Source of the DNA: a virus
Taxonomy: Duplodnaviria > Caudoviricetes
DNA length: 38,221 bases
Strand: one strand, 5' to 3'
Virus record (IMG/VR): IMGVR_UViG_3300033513_000029
Coordinates: 1-38,221 of that record
Shown: positions 27,054 to 34,853 of the stretch, one piece after another
Layout of the letters: every line of letters begins with the position of its first letter
How positions within the stretch are numbered: position 1 is the first letter of the stretch
The notes under the pieces: generated by a model
The model's input: the letters and a program-made list of their open reading frames with translations, nothing else
Databases searched by the model: none
Told to the model about the DNA's origin: nothing
Translations under genes and position numbers: made by a program

Positions 27054-27194
27054 TTACCAGAACTTGACAACAAAGTGAAACACTGCCACCCAGAACGCGA
27101 CAGCTATTGCCAATCCCACGATGGCCGCCGCTACTTTCACAAAATCCTCGATTGTCATGACTTTTCGGGGCACCTTCTCGAATTTAGGGCGCAC
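27054..27194 (-). CDS. 46-aa membrane peptide (not in ORF track)
   Basis: GGAGGGG SD, GTG start, TM segment VAAAIVGLAIAVAFWVAVFHFVV. Confidence 0.5.
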   Translation of the reverse strand: MRPKFEKVPRKVMTIEDFVKVAAAIVGLAIAVAFWVAVFHFVVKFW

Positions 27195-27371
27195 TATGCC
27201 ATCCCCCTCCAGGAGAATTCAATTGGTTTGGAAACTATTTTTTCCGCTCCTGGCTTATCCCGTTTGCGGAATGGCGCGTATACGATTCTCAACAGGGTTG
27301 GCGCACTATCGTAAATGCGCCTACGGGGAGGGGGAACATCGATATTCTTGTGGTGACTACGACTGGTAAAT

Positions 27372-27406
27372 AAAAAAGACCCTTGGAGCGGGGTACTCCA
27401 AGGGTC
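27372..27406 (-). terminator. intrinsic terminator after the capsid/cement genes
   Basis: 11-bp perfect stem GACCCTTGGAG/CTCCAAGGGTC followed by T6 on the - strand. Confidence 0.85.
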
Positions 27407-27432
27407 AAAGGGTCTCCGGGGTGAGGAGACGG

Positions 27433-27831
27433 TTAAATCTGGCCGTCCAGGTCGTACACCAGCACGAACTTCACCGTGCCAGAGTAGGCCGCCGACGTGG
27501 GTTTGAGCGTCAGATCGGTATAGCGAACGATGGAACTGTCCGTCACACTGACCTTGTGGCCCAGACCCGTGGTAGTCAAGATCCCAAACGTTGCCGACGT
27601 GACCGAGACATAACGGTCAGTATCGGACAAGTCGCCGATGTCAAGCCCGGTCGTTCCCCCCATTCCGTAGATGTCCAGAATGCGGACGCCATGCGGAATC
27701 TTCAGGAGCTTGACGATACCGGACAACGATGCCGTCACCACTTCGTTGAAGTAGACGAAGGTGGGACCAGGGGAGTTCAGTTTCGGCACCCATTTCACAT
27801 AGGCGGAACTGGTTCGCGTTGCTACTGCCAT
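27433..27831 (-). CDS. capsid cement/decoration protein (putative)
   Basis: Directly after the capsid gene, strong AGGAGG SD; KIPHGVRILD...LDIGD..DTDRY pattern. Confidence 0.65.
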   Translation of the reverse strand: MAVATRTSSAYVKWVPKLNSPGPTFVYFNEVVTASLSGIVKLLKIPHGVRILDIYGMGGTTGLDIGDLSDTDRYVSVTSATFGILTTTGLGHKVSVTDSSIVRYTDLTLKPTSAAYSGTVKFVLVYDLDGQI

Positions 27832-27848
27832 GTCAGTATCCTCCTATG

Positions 27849-28889
27849 TTAGGTATGGGCAATGGCGTAGGTCGGAATGACCATACTACCAAAGTCCACC
27901 GAGTTGAACTGAAGCTTCTTGAGTCCGGCAATCGTTCCGGCTTCCACGCCCAACTGGTTCTTGTAGTCGAAGAACTCTTCGTTCCAGTCGTACTTGGAGC
28001 CGGTACTGTAACCCTTGCCAAACGCAATCGCCGCTGCCTGCGCGCCGCAGAAGATGGCGCGTCTCGTCGTCGTCGTGGGGGCCGGGAGTCGATGCGTGCT
28101 ATGGATCACCGTGTTGTTATACACGCCAATCGCACCCGAGAAGATGGGATTATCCGTCCCCTCGCCGCCCTCCAAGCGGGCCCGCATGATGTCCCCCCAC
28201 TCACCCGCCGTGAAGTTCCGACGTAGATCGGTTTCCTGATAGGGGTGAATGAAGAGTACCCAATAGTCCTTGCCGCCGACCTTGACCGGACGCATGGGGT
28301 AGGTGCGCAGCTTCGCCTTCTCGATAGCCCAGTCAATCAGCTTGACGCTCATGATGTCAGCCGTGGACATGGATGCCGTGGAGGTCAGCGAGGTTCTCGG
28401 CTCCAGGATGTTCTCCGGGGCGATGGCCGCCTGCAAACCCGTATAGCGGGTATCGGTTTCGTCGGTATTGCCACTGAGCTGGTTGAAGAACCAGTAGTCG
28501 AAGCGGTCAGCCCACCAGTCGGCCAGGGCATCGCGTGCCAGGGCGCGGACGTTGTAGGGGATACGCTGCTCGGACATCTTGCCCGTCGAGCGCACCGCGT
28601 GGCGGAGCTGGTTGATGTAGAGATCGTCGTGGTAGATCGTCAGGTCTTCTTCGTTGCCTTCCTGCGTGTTGTCGCCCAACACACCGGCACCAGACAACTG
28701 AATACGAAGACTGACACGCACCCGGTCGCCGTCCCCCTTCAGCTCATTGCGCACCTGACACAGGGAATTGTCAGACGTGCCCATGAACCGAAACGCATAG
28801 GTCTTCTTGAGCAGTTCCTTGAAAAGGTCGCTTGCCCAGTACTTACGCGCTTGGGGATGGTCCACCGGCCATTGATTTGCCGTTGCCAT
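27849..28889 (-). CDS. major capsid protein, N4-gp56/DUF4043-like
   Basis: GDRV...L.G.GV.GD...EGNEE.L, INQLRHAV, HPYQ..DLR, NPIFSGAIG.YN, RAIFCGAQA motifs. Confidence 0.92.
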   Translation of the reverse strand: MATANQWPVDHPQARKYWASDLFKELLKKTYAFRFMGTSDNSLCQVRNELKGDGDRVRVSLRIQLSGAGVLGDNTQEGNEEDLTIYHDDLYINQLRHAVRSTGKMSEQRIPYNVRALARDALADWWADRFDYWFFNQLSGNTDETDTRYTGLQAAIAPENILEPRTSLTSTASMSTADIMSVKLIDWAIEKAKLRTYPMRPVKVGGKDYWVLFIHPYQETDLRRNFTAGEWGDIMRARLEGGEGTDNPIFSGAIGVYNNTVIHSTHRLPAPTTTTRRAIFCGAQAAAIAFGKGYSTGSKYDWNEEFFDYKNQLGVEAGTIAGLKKLQFNSVDFGSMVIPTYAIAHT

Positions 28890-29032
28890 CGATATACGCC
28901 TCTAATGTGAGCCTTACCTTGAACCGGTCAAGGTTTCCGACTCGTCCCACTGCGGGGGGGCGTACCGATGGCGCACGTCACAGGGTGCGTAAACTGAAAA
29001 CGCTATTTTTACCGGTTGCGTTCCGAGCCTCC

Positions 29033-29071
29033 AAAAAAAGGAGCCACGATAGCCGTATCTATCGTGGCTCC
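29033..29071 (-). terminator. intrinsic terminator upstream of the capsid leader
   Basis: 13-bp perfect stem GGAGCCACGATAG/CTATCGTGGCTCC followed by T7. Confidence 0.88.
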
Positions 29072-29121
29072 GGGGTACGGCCCAGCGCTGAGGAGGGAGC
29101 GCTATAGTGGGCCGTCGGGGC
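29033..29121 (-). ncRNA. candidate ~90-nt small RNA with an anti-Shine-Dalgarno loop
   Basis: Non-coding, between a sigma70-like promoter and a terminator; hairpin ACGGCCC-actat-AGCGCT[CCCTCCTC]AGCGCT-GGGCCGT. 5' end estimated. Confidence 0.55.
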
Positions 29122-29127
29122 GAGATA

Positions 29128-29157
29128 ATTATTTCGCGCTTGGTAAGGTCATGTCAA
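29128..29157 (-). promoter_or_regulatory. sigma70-like promoter
   Basis: TTGACA (29157-29152), 18-nt spacer, AATAAT (29133-29128). Confidence 0.6.
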
Positions 29158-29167
29158 TAGGGGCCCC

Positions 29168-29383
29168 TTATTCTTCATACGCCAGTCTGCGAATCTCCCA
29201 ATAGCCATCCTGAATAGTTGGCCCAGTACTCTTCTCGTGCGCCAAATCTCCAATCTCGTGAAGTAGATTTGACAACCTCTCATTCTCTTCGCGCAGCCGA
29301 TTAATCTCCACCAGCATCTCGAAAACAATCGCGTCGAAGTCTTCGGCGTTTCGGGTCAGCCGCTCCCCGTAACTTTGGCTCAA
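29168..29383 (-). CDS. small coiled-coil hypothetical protein
   Basis: EINRLREENERL pattern; TTG start. Confidence 0.55.
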   Translation of the reverse strand: MSQSYGERLTRNAEDFDAIVFEMLVEINRLREENERLSNLLHEIGDLAHEKSTGPTIQDGYWEIRRLAYEE

Positions 29384-29722
29384 GGTAATTCGTCCCCATG
29401 TTCCAGGATAGATAGCAATCCCTCAAGGAAGAGATATTCGGCTTCTGCGGCCTCTTGAACAATCTCCCACTCTATCTTTGTTTTGTTTATAGTTTCCAAC
29501 AGCAAACCAAACGGCCCCTCTGACGTCTGCCCAAGTCCAATAAGGCGAACCTAAACAGCCATCGTTCCCTGTCACCTCCCGCACTGGACAATCTCTGCAA
29601 CCCAGCCTTTGGCACAACTGACACCATGGCTCCTCCATGTCGGGATACACCATCAGCCGTTGCCACTTCGAAAGCGAGGCGCGCAAGGCCTCAATCGTAT
29701 ACGCCCTTATGTTGTCTCTCAT
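29380..29722 (-). pseudogene. Cys-rich phage protein with apparent +1 frameshift
   Basis: EALRASLSKW...CQLC...CRDCPV..TG..GC.GSPY. The family-like C-terminus AAEAEYLFL lies in a shifted frame whose stop (29380) overlaps the next start. Confidence 0.5.
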
Positions 29723-29883
29723 TGTCCCACCTTCTTGATCGGCGTTGCTTTCTGGTTTACCGGCAAATGATTCTTACACCAGTAACGCCCATCTTCAGTC
29801 TGATACTGAGGCACCGCACCGCAGTTCCATCCCTTCCAATGTCCGGACTGGCGCACTCCGCTACAGTGGATTTGCGGACTCAT
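29719..29883 (-). CDS. 54-aa Zn-finger-like protein (not in ORF track)
   Basis: MSPQIHCSG...WNCG...YWCKNH; ATGA overlaps at both ends. Confidence 0.6.
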   Translation of the reverse strand: MSPQIHCSGVRQSGHWKGWNCGAVPQYQTEDGRYWCKNHLPVNQKATPIKKVGQ

Positions 29884-30065
29884 TGCCCCACGTCCTTCAG
29901 TAAGCCCTCAACCTCTTGGCTCAACTCCCGATAGGCCGCTTCCAGTCCGGACTCCAAGTCATCCAGCCGGTCTATCCATCCGGCCATCTTCTCCAAGGGA
30001 GATGAATCATGCTCCCATGAATCCTTCATTTCCTTTACCACCGCACCAATGCTGTCACCCATCAC
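29880..30065 (-). CDS. hypothetical protein
   Basis: 61 aa acidic helical ORF, coupled on both sides. Confidence 0.6.
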   Translation of the reverse strand: MMGDSIGAVVKEMKDSWEHDSSPLEKMAGWIDRLDDLESGLEAAYRELSQEVEGLLKDVGQ

Positions 30066-30253
30066 TTCTTCCCCCGCTGTAAGCCCATCAGGTCCGCCAA
30101 CTGCCGTTGGATCTCCTCCCTGCCATCCGCCACGCCTCGCGCATACTCACGCTTCTTGGGCTCCTCCATAGGCTCTTTGAGCGTCCGCGCCCTTTCCCGC
30201 GCCGTTCGCACCAACACCGCCAGCCGCTTGAAGTCATTCCCCGTTATTGCCAT
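30062..30253 (-). CDS. hypothetical protein
   Basis: 63 aa, AGAGG SD, YARGVADG motif. Confidence 0.6.
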   Translation of the reverse strand: MAITGNDFKRLAVLVRTARERARTLKEPMEEPKKREYARGVADGREEIQRQLADLMGLQRGKK

Positions 30254-30295
30254 TTGATTGCCTCTGAATTTTCATGTGGAAATCCCTACCGTTTA

Positions 30296-30613
30296 CTAAG
30301 GTTTTTCCATCAATTCCTTGGCCAGCTCATTCACATCCGCCCATAACAACCACCCCGGCTGTCCGGGAATCCTTACCAGACCACCCTCGTTCTCCAGCGT
30401 CCTTGGATGTTGGCCTACCCACTCTACCAACTGGTCTGCGCAGATAGAGAATAGAATTGCCTTTTGGGCTTCACCCTCCGGGCATTGCTTCTCTTGCCAT
30501 TCCAGGTAACGGTCTCTGATTGTGGCCTTGTTGCGTGCCCGCATGGTCCAGACATTCTTGTCCGTAATCACTGTAAAGAACCATCGGGCCCCATCCTCAA
30601 AGATCACCTTCAT
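30296..30613 (-). CDS. hypothetical protein
   Basis: 105 aa; overlaps the upstream ORF; ends TAG TAA. Confidence 0.6.
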   Translation of the reverse strand: MKVIFEDGARWFFTVITDKNVWTMRARNKATIRDRYLEWQEKQCPEGEAQKAILFSICADQLVEWVGQHPRTLENEGGLVRIPGQPGWLLWADVNELAKELMEKP

Positions 30614-30848
30614 CGTTATTTTCCCCCGTGCAATATGAACAGGGCGGGCTTATGTGACACGAACACCCTGAAGGAAATTCCGTATGATAGGCTCGAAGTG
30701 GATCCACGTGGTTGTCATACGCCTTCTGTTCCGGGGTTAGTCGCTTGTACGCCGCCGCCCTTCTGGCCCGCCTACATAAGCCACATTCCTCGTGATCTTG
30801 CGGCTCACAACTGCATCCCACTGGTCTTGGGTTCCACGTCACTGTCAC
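30597..30848 (-). CDS. Cys-rich small protein
   Basis: GCSC...CGLC and GCSCHISPPCSYC motifs; GAGGAG SD before a GTG start. Confidence 0.65.
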   Translation of the reverse strand: MTVTWNPRPVGCSCEPQDHEECGLCRRARRAAAYKRLTPEQKAYDNHVDPLRAYHTEFPSGCSCHISPPCSYCTGENNDEGDL

Positions 30849-30859
30849 GGTCTCCTCAC

Positions 30860-30889
30860 AAAAAAGAGGGGACAGTTTCCCATCCCCTC
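30860..30889 (-). terminator. intrinsic terminator
   Basis: GAGGGGATGG-GAAA-CTGTCCCCTC followed by T6. Confidence 0.75.
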
Positions 30890-30896
30890 GTTTCGG

Positions 30897-31232
30897 TCAG
30901 TCTTGCACCCGGCGCCACCCTTCGGGGGTATGCTCGCGTTGCCGACGGATCTCGTAGTTGCCGGGACCAATCCCCAGGGCTTCATGCGTGTCGAAAGCGC
31001 GCAAATGCCGCAATTCGACATTGCCCTCAACGACCACGTAGCTCACCAAGGGGTCGTTGCTCTGAAAGCAATGCACATCTTTCCTCGGCAACACGTGATG
31101 GTGCCCAGTCTCGCTATGACCCACCACATACACCTCGCCCTCCGGAACCATTGGCGCCAACCCCTCGGGGATATCCTTGATCCTGCGGACCAGCAGGTCA
31201 CCTTGCGCAGCCTGTTTTCCAAACGTCTTCAT
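30897..31232 (-). CDS. His-rich small partner protein of the DUF6745 protein
   Basis: QGDL, GHSETGHHH, H...THE...PG.YEIRRQRE motifs; ATGA-coupled to the upstream gene. Confidence 0.75.
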   Translation of the reverse strand: MKTFGKQAAQGDLLVRRIKDIPEGLAPMVPEGEVYVVGHSETGHHHVLPRKDVHCFQSNDPLVSYVVVEGNVELRHLRAFDTHEALGIGPGNYEIRRQREHTPEGWRRVQD

Positions 31233-33130
31233 GTCCTCACCTCCGGATAATAATCATTCGCGTCAAGCGAGTACGTCCAGGCATTCGCCTCTCTCGCCGT
31301 CCGCATCTCTTGTGGAACCGGAATAGCAAACTCTCGCCCCGTCCCACATTTGACTACCAAGAAACGTTCCTGTTCGGCATCGGGCAAATCCACCTCCAAA
31401 AGCGTCCCCACCATGGGATTGGTGTCCCGATCTACTTCTTTGGCATTAAGCTCCCTCAATATACGGGCCCACCCCACTATTTCGCAAGCGGCCCGACGCT
31501 TTTCAATATCCTGTTCTTTCAACGCCATTTCTGGCGTGAGAGATCCCTTGTCCTCAATCCATTCGCCAGGGACGCGCACGCCATGCCAATGATACAGGCT
31601 CCACCCATCCCTCCATTTATGGCTTGGCCCATCTTCGCAATGCGGACGGTTGCGATCATCCATTTTCAAAACCTCCGGAAAATCCGACACCATGCAAAAC
31701 TCCTCGTGCATCATCCGGAAGCCCCCGTGAATCGCCGCCCGCTCCCATGCGTCATATTTCTCATAAACAGGCAACCGAAGACCCAAAACATCCCTACCCG
31801 CGGTCAGATAGCAATCATACGCCACCGCCATGTTTCCTCCCTGATACATAGCCCACCACCGACTCATACACCCAGTTACAAACTGTATCCATCCCTTAGA
31901 GGACGCGGCGCGGTAGGTCGCGTCACGGATCGCGGCAGCGGTCGCGGCATCGGTCACAGCACGGGTCGCGGCATAGGTCGCGGCGACGGTCGCGGCACGG
32001 ATCGCGGCACGGGTTGCGTCATAGGTCGCGTCACGGGTCGCGGCATAGGTCGCGGCGTGGGTCGCGTCACGGGTCACGACACGGGTCGCGGTAGCGGTCG
32101 CGTCAGCGGTCGCGATGTCGGTCGCGGCGTGGGTCGCGACTTCGGTCGCGACGGCGGTCGCGATGTCGGTCGCATCGCGGGTCGCGGCGTAGGTCGCGAC
32201 TTCGGTCACGACGCGGGTCGCATCGTAGGTCGCGGCGGCGGTCGCGTCACGGGTCACGACGCGGGTCGCACCGTAGGTCGCATCATCGGTCGCGGCGACG
32301 GTCGCGTCGCGGGTCGCGAAAGCGGTCGCGACTTCGGTCGCGTCACGGGTCGCGACGTCGGTCGCGTCGCGGGTCGCAGCGTCGGTCGCGGCAACGGTCG
32401 CGACATCGGTCGCGGCGTGGGTCGCGTCACGGGTCACGTCACGGGTCACGTCACGGGTCGCGTCGTAGGTCGCGGCATCGGTCGCGGCGCGAGTCGCGGC
32501 ATCGGTCGCAAGAGCCGCGTCACGGATCGCGGCATAGGTCGCGATGTCGGTCGCGGCGTGGGTCGCGACTTCGGTCGCGGCATAGGTCGCGGCGACGGTC
32601 GCGTCACGGGTCGCGACGACGGTCGCGACGGCGGTCGCGATGTCGGTCGCGTCACGGGTCGCGGCGCGGGTCGCGTCACGGGTCACGACACGGGTCGCGA
32701 TAGCGGTCGCGGCGTGGGTCGCGTCACGGGTCACGACACGGGTCGCGGTAGCGGTCGCGGCATAGGTCGCGTCACGGATCGCGGCATAGGTCGCGGCGAC
32801 GGTCGCAGCAGCGGTCGCGGCGCGGGTCGCAGCATGAATCTCATTAAACCCCGGAGTCTTCCTAGGATTTTTCCGCGCGTACCATACGGCCGCCGCCGCA
32901 CCACCCGCTACCGCCATGATTCTTGGACTCGGCACAACCACCACACGCGGCTCTTTCAACCCCGCTACTCGATATAAATCCCTAATTGCCCTCCCAATTT
33001 CATTGGGCTCAATCGGCGCCGTCCGTAACGCCCGCGCAATCCACATTTCAGAATGCGCCGCCATTCGCGCCTTTTCTTCAGGCGTGACCCCACCACCCGC
33101 AAAAGTCGGAGTTCTCACAATCTTTTCCAT
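31229..33130 (-). CDS. DUF6745-like protein with a long xxAT tetrapeptide repeat
   Basis: C-terminal RPHCEDGPSHKWRDGWSLYHWHGVRVP, E.RRAACEIVGW, CGTGREF..PVP; central repeat block. Confidence 0.8.
   Translation of the reverse strand: MEKIVRTPTFAGGGVTPEEKARMAAHSEMWIARALRTAPIEPNEIGRAIRDLYRVAGLKEPRVVVVPSPRIMAVAGGAAAAVWYARKNPRKTPGFNEIHAATRAATAAATVAATYAAIRDATYAATATATRVVTRDATHAATAIATRVVTRDATRAATRDATDIATAVATVVATRDATVAATYAATEVATHAATDIATYAAIRDAALATDAATRAATDAATYDATRDVTRDVTRDATHAATDVATVAATDAATRDATDVATRDATEVATAFATRDATVAATDDATYGATRVVTRDATAAATYDATRVVTEVATYAATRDATDIATAVATEVATHAATDIATADATATATRVVTRDATHAATYAATRDATYDATRAAIRAATVAATYAATRAVTDAATAAAIRDATYRAASSKGWIQFVTGCMSRWWAMYQGGNMAVAYDCYLTAGRDVLGLRLPVYEKYDAWERAAIHGGFRMMHEEFCMVSDFPEVLKMDDRNRPHCEDGPSHKWRDGWSLYHWHGVRVPGEWIEDKGSLTPEMALKEQDIEKRRAACEIVGWARILRELNAKEVDRDTNPMVGTLLEVDLPDAEQERFLVVKCGTGREFAIPVPQEMRTAREANAWTYSLDANDYYPEVRT
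31916..32836. repeat. array of 77 short units (76 x 12 bp and 1 x 9 bp): near-constant GCGACC plus 6 variable nt
   Basis: GGTCGC (variants GGTCAC, GATCGC) recurs every 12 nt on the + strand over 921 bp. Confidence 0.95.
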
Positions 33131-33145
33131 CGCTTAATCCCCTCG

Positions 33146-33172
33146 AAAAGAAGGGGGCAAACACGCCCCCTC
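33146..33172 (-). terminator. probable intrinsic terminator after DUF932
   Basis: GAGGGGGC-GTGTTT-GCCCCCTT followed by CTTTT. Confidence 0.55.
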
Positions 33173-33176
33173 GATA

Positions 33177-34145
33177 TCATGCCGCCAACTTCAACGCCAA
33201 CTCAAACGCCCGCGTTTTGGTCTGGTTGCCGTCCCCAAACCACGCCCGCTGCAATCTCGCATCATCCGAACGGGTCTTGCGCTCGTGGTCCACATACCGC
33301 GTCACCGCATTTACCAAACCCCACGCCGTTCCATTCGCGGAACGAACGCTCTGCCCCACCCCATTCTCGTAGATGTCCACAATCTGCAACATCTGGCTCT
33401 TCACGCGCGGCGCCTCCATATCCACGTCACGTCCCTCGTAATACAGATCCACGAAGAACTTGACCGCCTCTTCCTTGGACACTCGCCGCTCAGCAAGTGC
33501 CTGCGCCCGACGCTGAAATTTTTCCCACACCTCGTTGGTTTCCAGCCCCAACCGCCCCTTGATCACGCTGGCATTAAACTTCGTGCTATGCCGCAGCGAC
33601 ACGCCATTCCCCGCATCCCGGCCCACACTGAGGTTCAGCGTATTGTTGCACACCACCCTCACCGTGGTCCTGGTTGCCACCGTCGCCATGCTTCCATCAA
33701 AGGACGTGGCCAGAAGAACATACCCATTCACCCGGTCCTGCCCCATGATCGTCGCCTCTTCCCCGGTACGGGCCAACGCCCACACCCGCTTCCCTCCGTA
33801 CAAAGACCCCGCCGTTTCCATCCGGTACCCCATCCCTTCCACCAGACTGCGATAGAACTCCAGCACCTCACGCGGCTGCACCAGCCGGTAGTCCTCACCC
33901 ATTACCGCCAAATCCGCCCCCGTGTCAGAACGGTAAATCACCTTTTTACCCGCAATGACACGAGGCTCCCCATCCACCATCCGGTACACCTCACCTTCGC
34001 GGGCCTCCCAGCCCAACCCGGCAACATGCTCCCACACCTCCAAAGGCTGGTTCGCCGGAAGTTCGTGTCCCAGTCCATGCCAGGGCATATCGCCCACATA
34101 CGCAATATTCGCCCGATTGTTGGAAAAGTCTATCTCGTGTGCCAT
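33177..34145 (-). CDS. DUF932 / TIGR03299 phage-plasmid family protein
   Basis: MAHEI...PWHGLG, ETAGSL.GGKRVWALA, TSFDGS, VRVVCNNTL, GTAWGLVNAVTRYVDH. Confidence 0.92.
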   Translation of the reverse strand: MAHEIDFSNNRANIAYVGDMPWHGLGHELPANQPLEVWEHVAGLGWEAREGEVYRMVDGEPRVIAGKKVIYRSDTGADLAVMGEDYRLVQPREVLEFYRSLVEGMGYRMETAGSLYGGKRVWALARTGEEATIMGQDRVNGYVLLATSFDGSMATVATRTTVRVVCNNTLNLSVGRDAGNGVSLRHSTKFNASVIKGRLGLETNEVWEKFQRRAQALAERRVSKEEAVKFFVDLYYEGRDVDMEAPRVKSQMLQIVDIYENGVGQSVRSANGTAWGLVNAVTRYVDHERKTRSDDARLQRAWFGDGNQTKTRAFELALKLAA

Positions 34146-34146
34146 A

Positions 34147-34440
34147 TCAATTCCTCTCCTCTTCTTTACCCATGTTGTAAGCCACCGCCGTCGCGCTTAC
34201 CGTCGCGTCCGTATACGCAACTCGATTGGCATACATTACATTCCCTTCATACCCCGCCGCTTTCAGAAAGCGAATCGCCTCAAACTTCGGGTTCGCTTCC
34301 TTCATCTTCACCGACATCGCGAAGAGGGTATATTCCCACTCCTGCAATGGCGTTTTCGCGGGAATCGCCGAATGATTCTCCGGCTTCGCTTCCTTCAGCA
34401 TCTCCGCAATAAACGCCACCTGCGCCTTCGTGAATTTCAT
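34147..34440 (-). CDS. hypothetical early protein (predicted sRNA target)
   Basis: GAGGAGGG SD 7 nt before the ATG; NPKF...RFLKA motif of a common small phage family. Confidence 0.7.
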   Translation of the reverse strand: MKFTKAQVAFIAEMLKEAKPENHSAIPAKTPLQEWEYTLFAMSVKMKEANPKFEAIRFLKAAGYEGNVMYANRVAYTDATVSATAVAYNMGKEEERN

Positions 34441-34634
34441 AGCGACGCCCTCCTCGCAAGCTCTTCGCTAATCTCACCACTACGAACCTTTTCGTCAATG
34501 AAATCCACCCACATGCACCGCACCGTCGCAGAATAGTCGTTCTGCCGATACGTCACCCGATAACAGTCCCGAATTACCCCCGGCACGCTTTCCCAGAACG
34601 CCCTTCGTAAATCCTTCTGATTCGTAAATTTCAT
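34437..34634 (-). CDS. hypothetical early protein
   Basis: TNQKDLRRAFWE...RQNDY.ATVRCMWVDFID..RSGEISE.LA.R; strong SD. Confidence 0.7.
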   Translation of the reverse strand: MKFTNQKDLRRAFWESVPGVIRDCYRVTYRQNDYSATVRCMWVDFIDEKVRSGEISEELARRASL

Positions 34635-34762
34635 CGCTCATCCTCCTCCGTCCACCACAACCCACCACACCCCTGACACTGGAACCACAACACCAGCCCC
34701 AACCATCCCAGACAAACCACCCGCGATCCCTCGCCACCACATAACGGACAGTCCCCTTCCAA
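34631..34762 (-). CDS. 43-aa Zn-ribbon protein (not in ORF track)
   Basis: TTG start; CPLCGG...LG.LG...WFQCQGCG; TGA overlaps the next ATG. Confidence 0.6.
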   Translation of the reverse strand: MEGDCPLCGGEGSRVVCLGWLGLVLWFQCQGCGGLWWTEEDER

Positions 34763-34796
34763 TCCCTTCGCCCCTCTCGCTTCTCTTCATAATCTT

Positions 34797-34824
34797 AGAA
34801 TAGCTTTCAGGAAGAAGGTTTCAA
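34797..34824 (-). promoter_or_regulatory. sigma70-like promoter heading the early-gene island
   Basis: TTGAAA, 16-nt spacer, TATTCT, in the only AT-rich intergenic gap before the island. Confidence 0.45.
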
Positions 34825-34853
34825 ACCACAATCGATTGCTTTTACGGTAACGA

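Noticed and set aside
27389-29078. CGGGGTAC present both in the 27372 terminator loop and next to the 29033 terminator
   Set aside because: Only 8 bp in two copies in GC-rich DNA; not distinguishable from chance.
31916-32836. Constant-plus-variable periodicity resembling a mini CRISPR array
   Set aside because: Units are only 12 bp, variable parts are reused, the array is in-frame coding, and no cas genes are present.
31310-32977. 555-aa + strand ORF with GRxx repeats
   Set aside because: Codon-aligned antisense shadow of the DUF6745 gene; the repeat lacks stops on both strands, and there is no SD or recognisable domain.
33285-34412. 375-aa + strand ORF
   Set aside because: Antisense to the well-supported DUF932 gene; His/Pro/Arg-rich composition typical of shadow frames.
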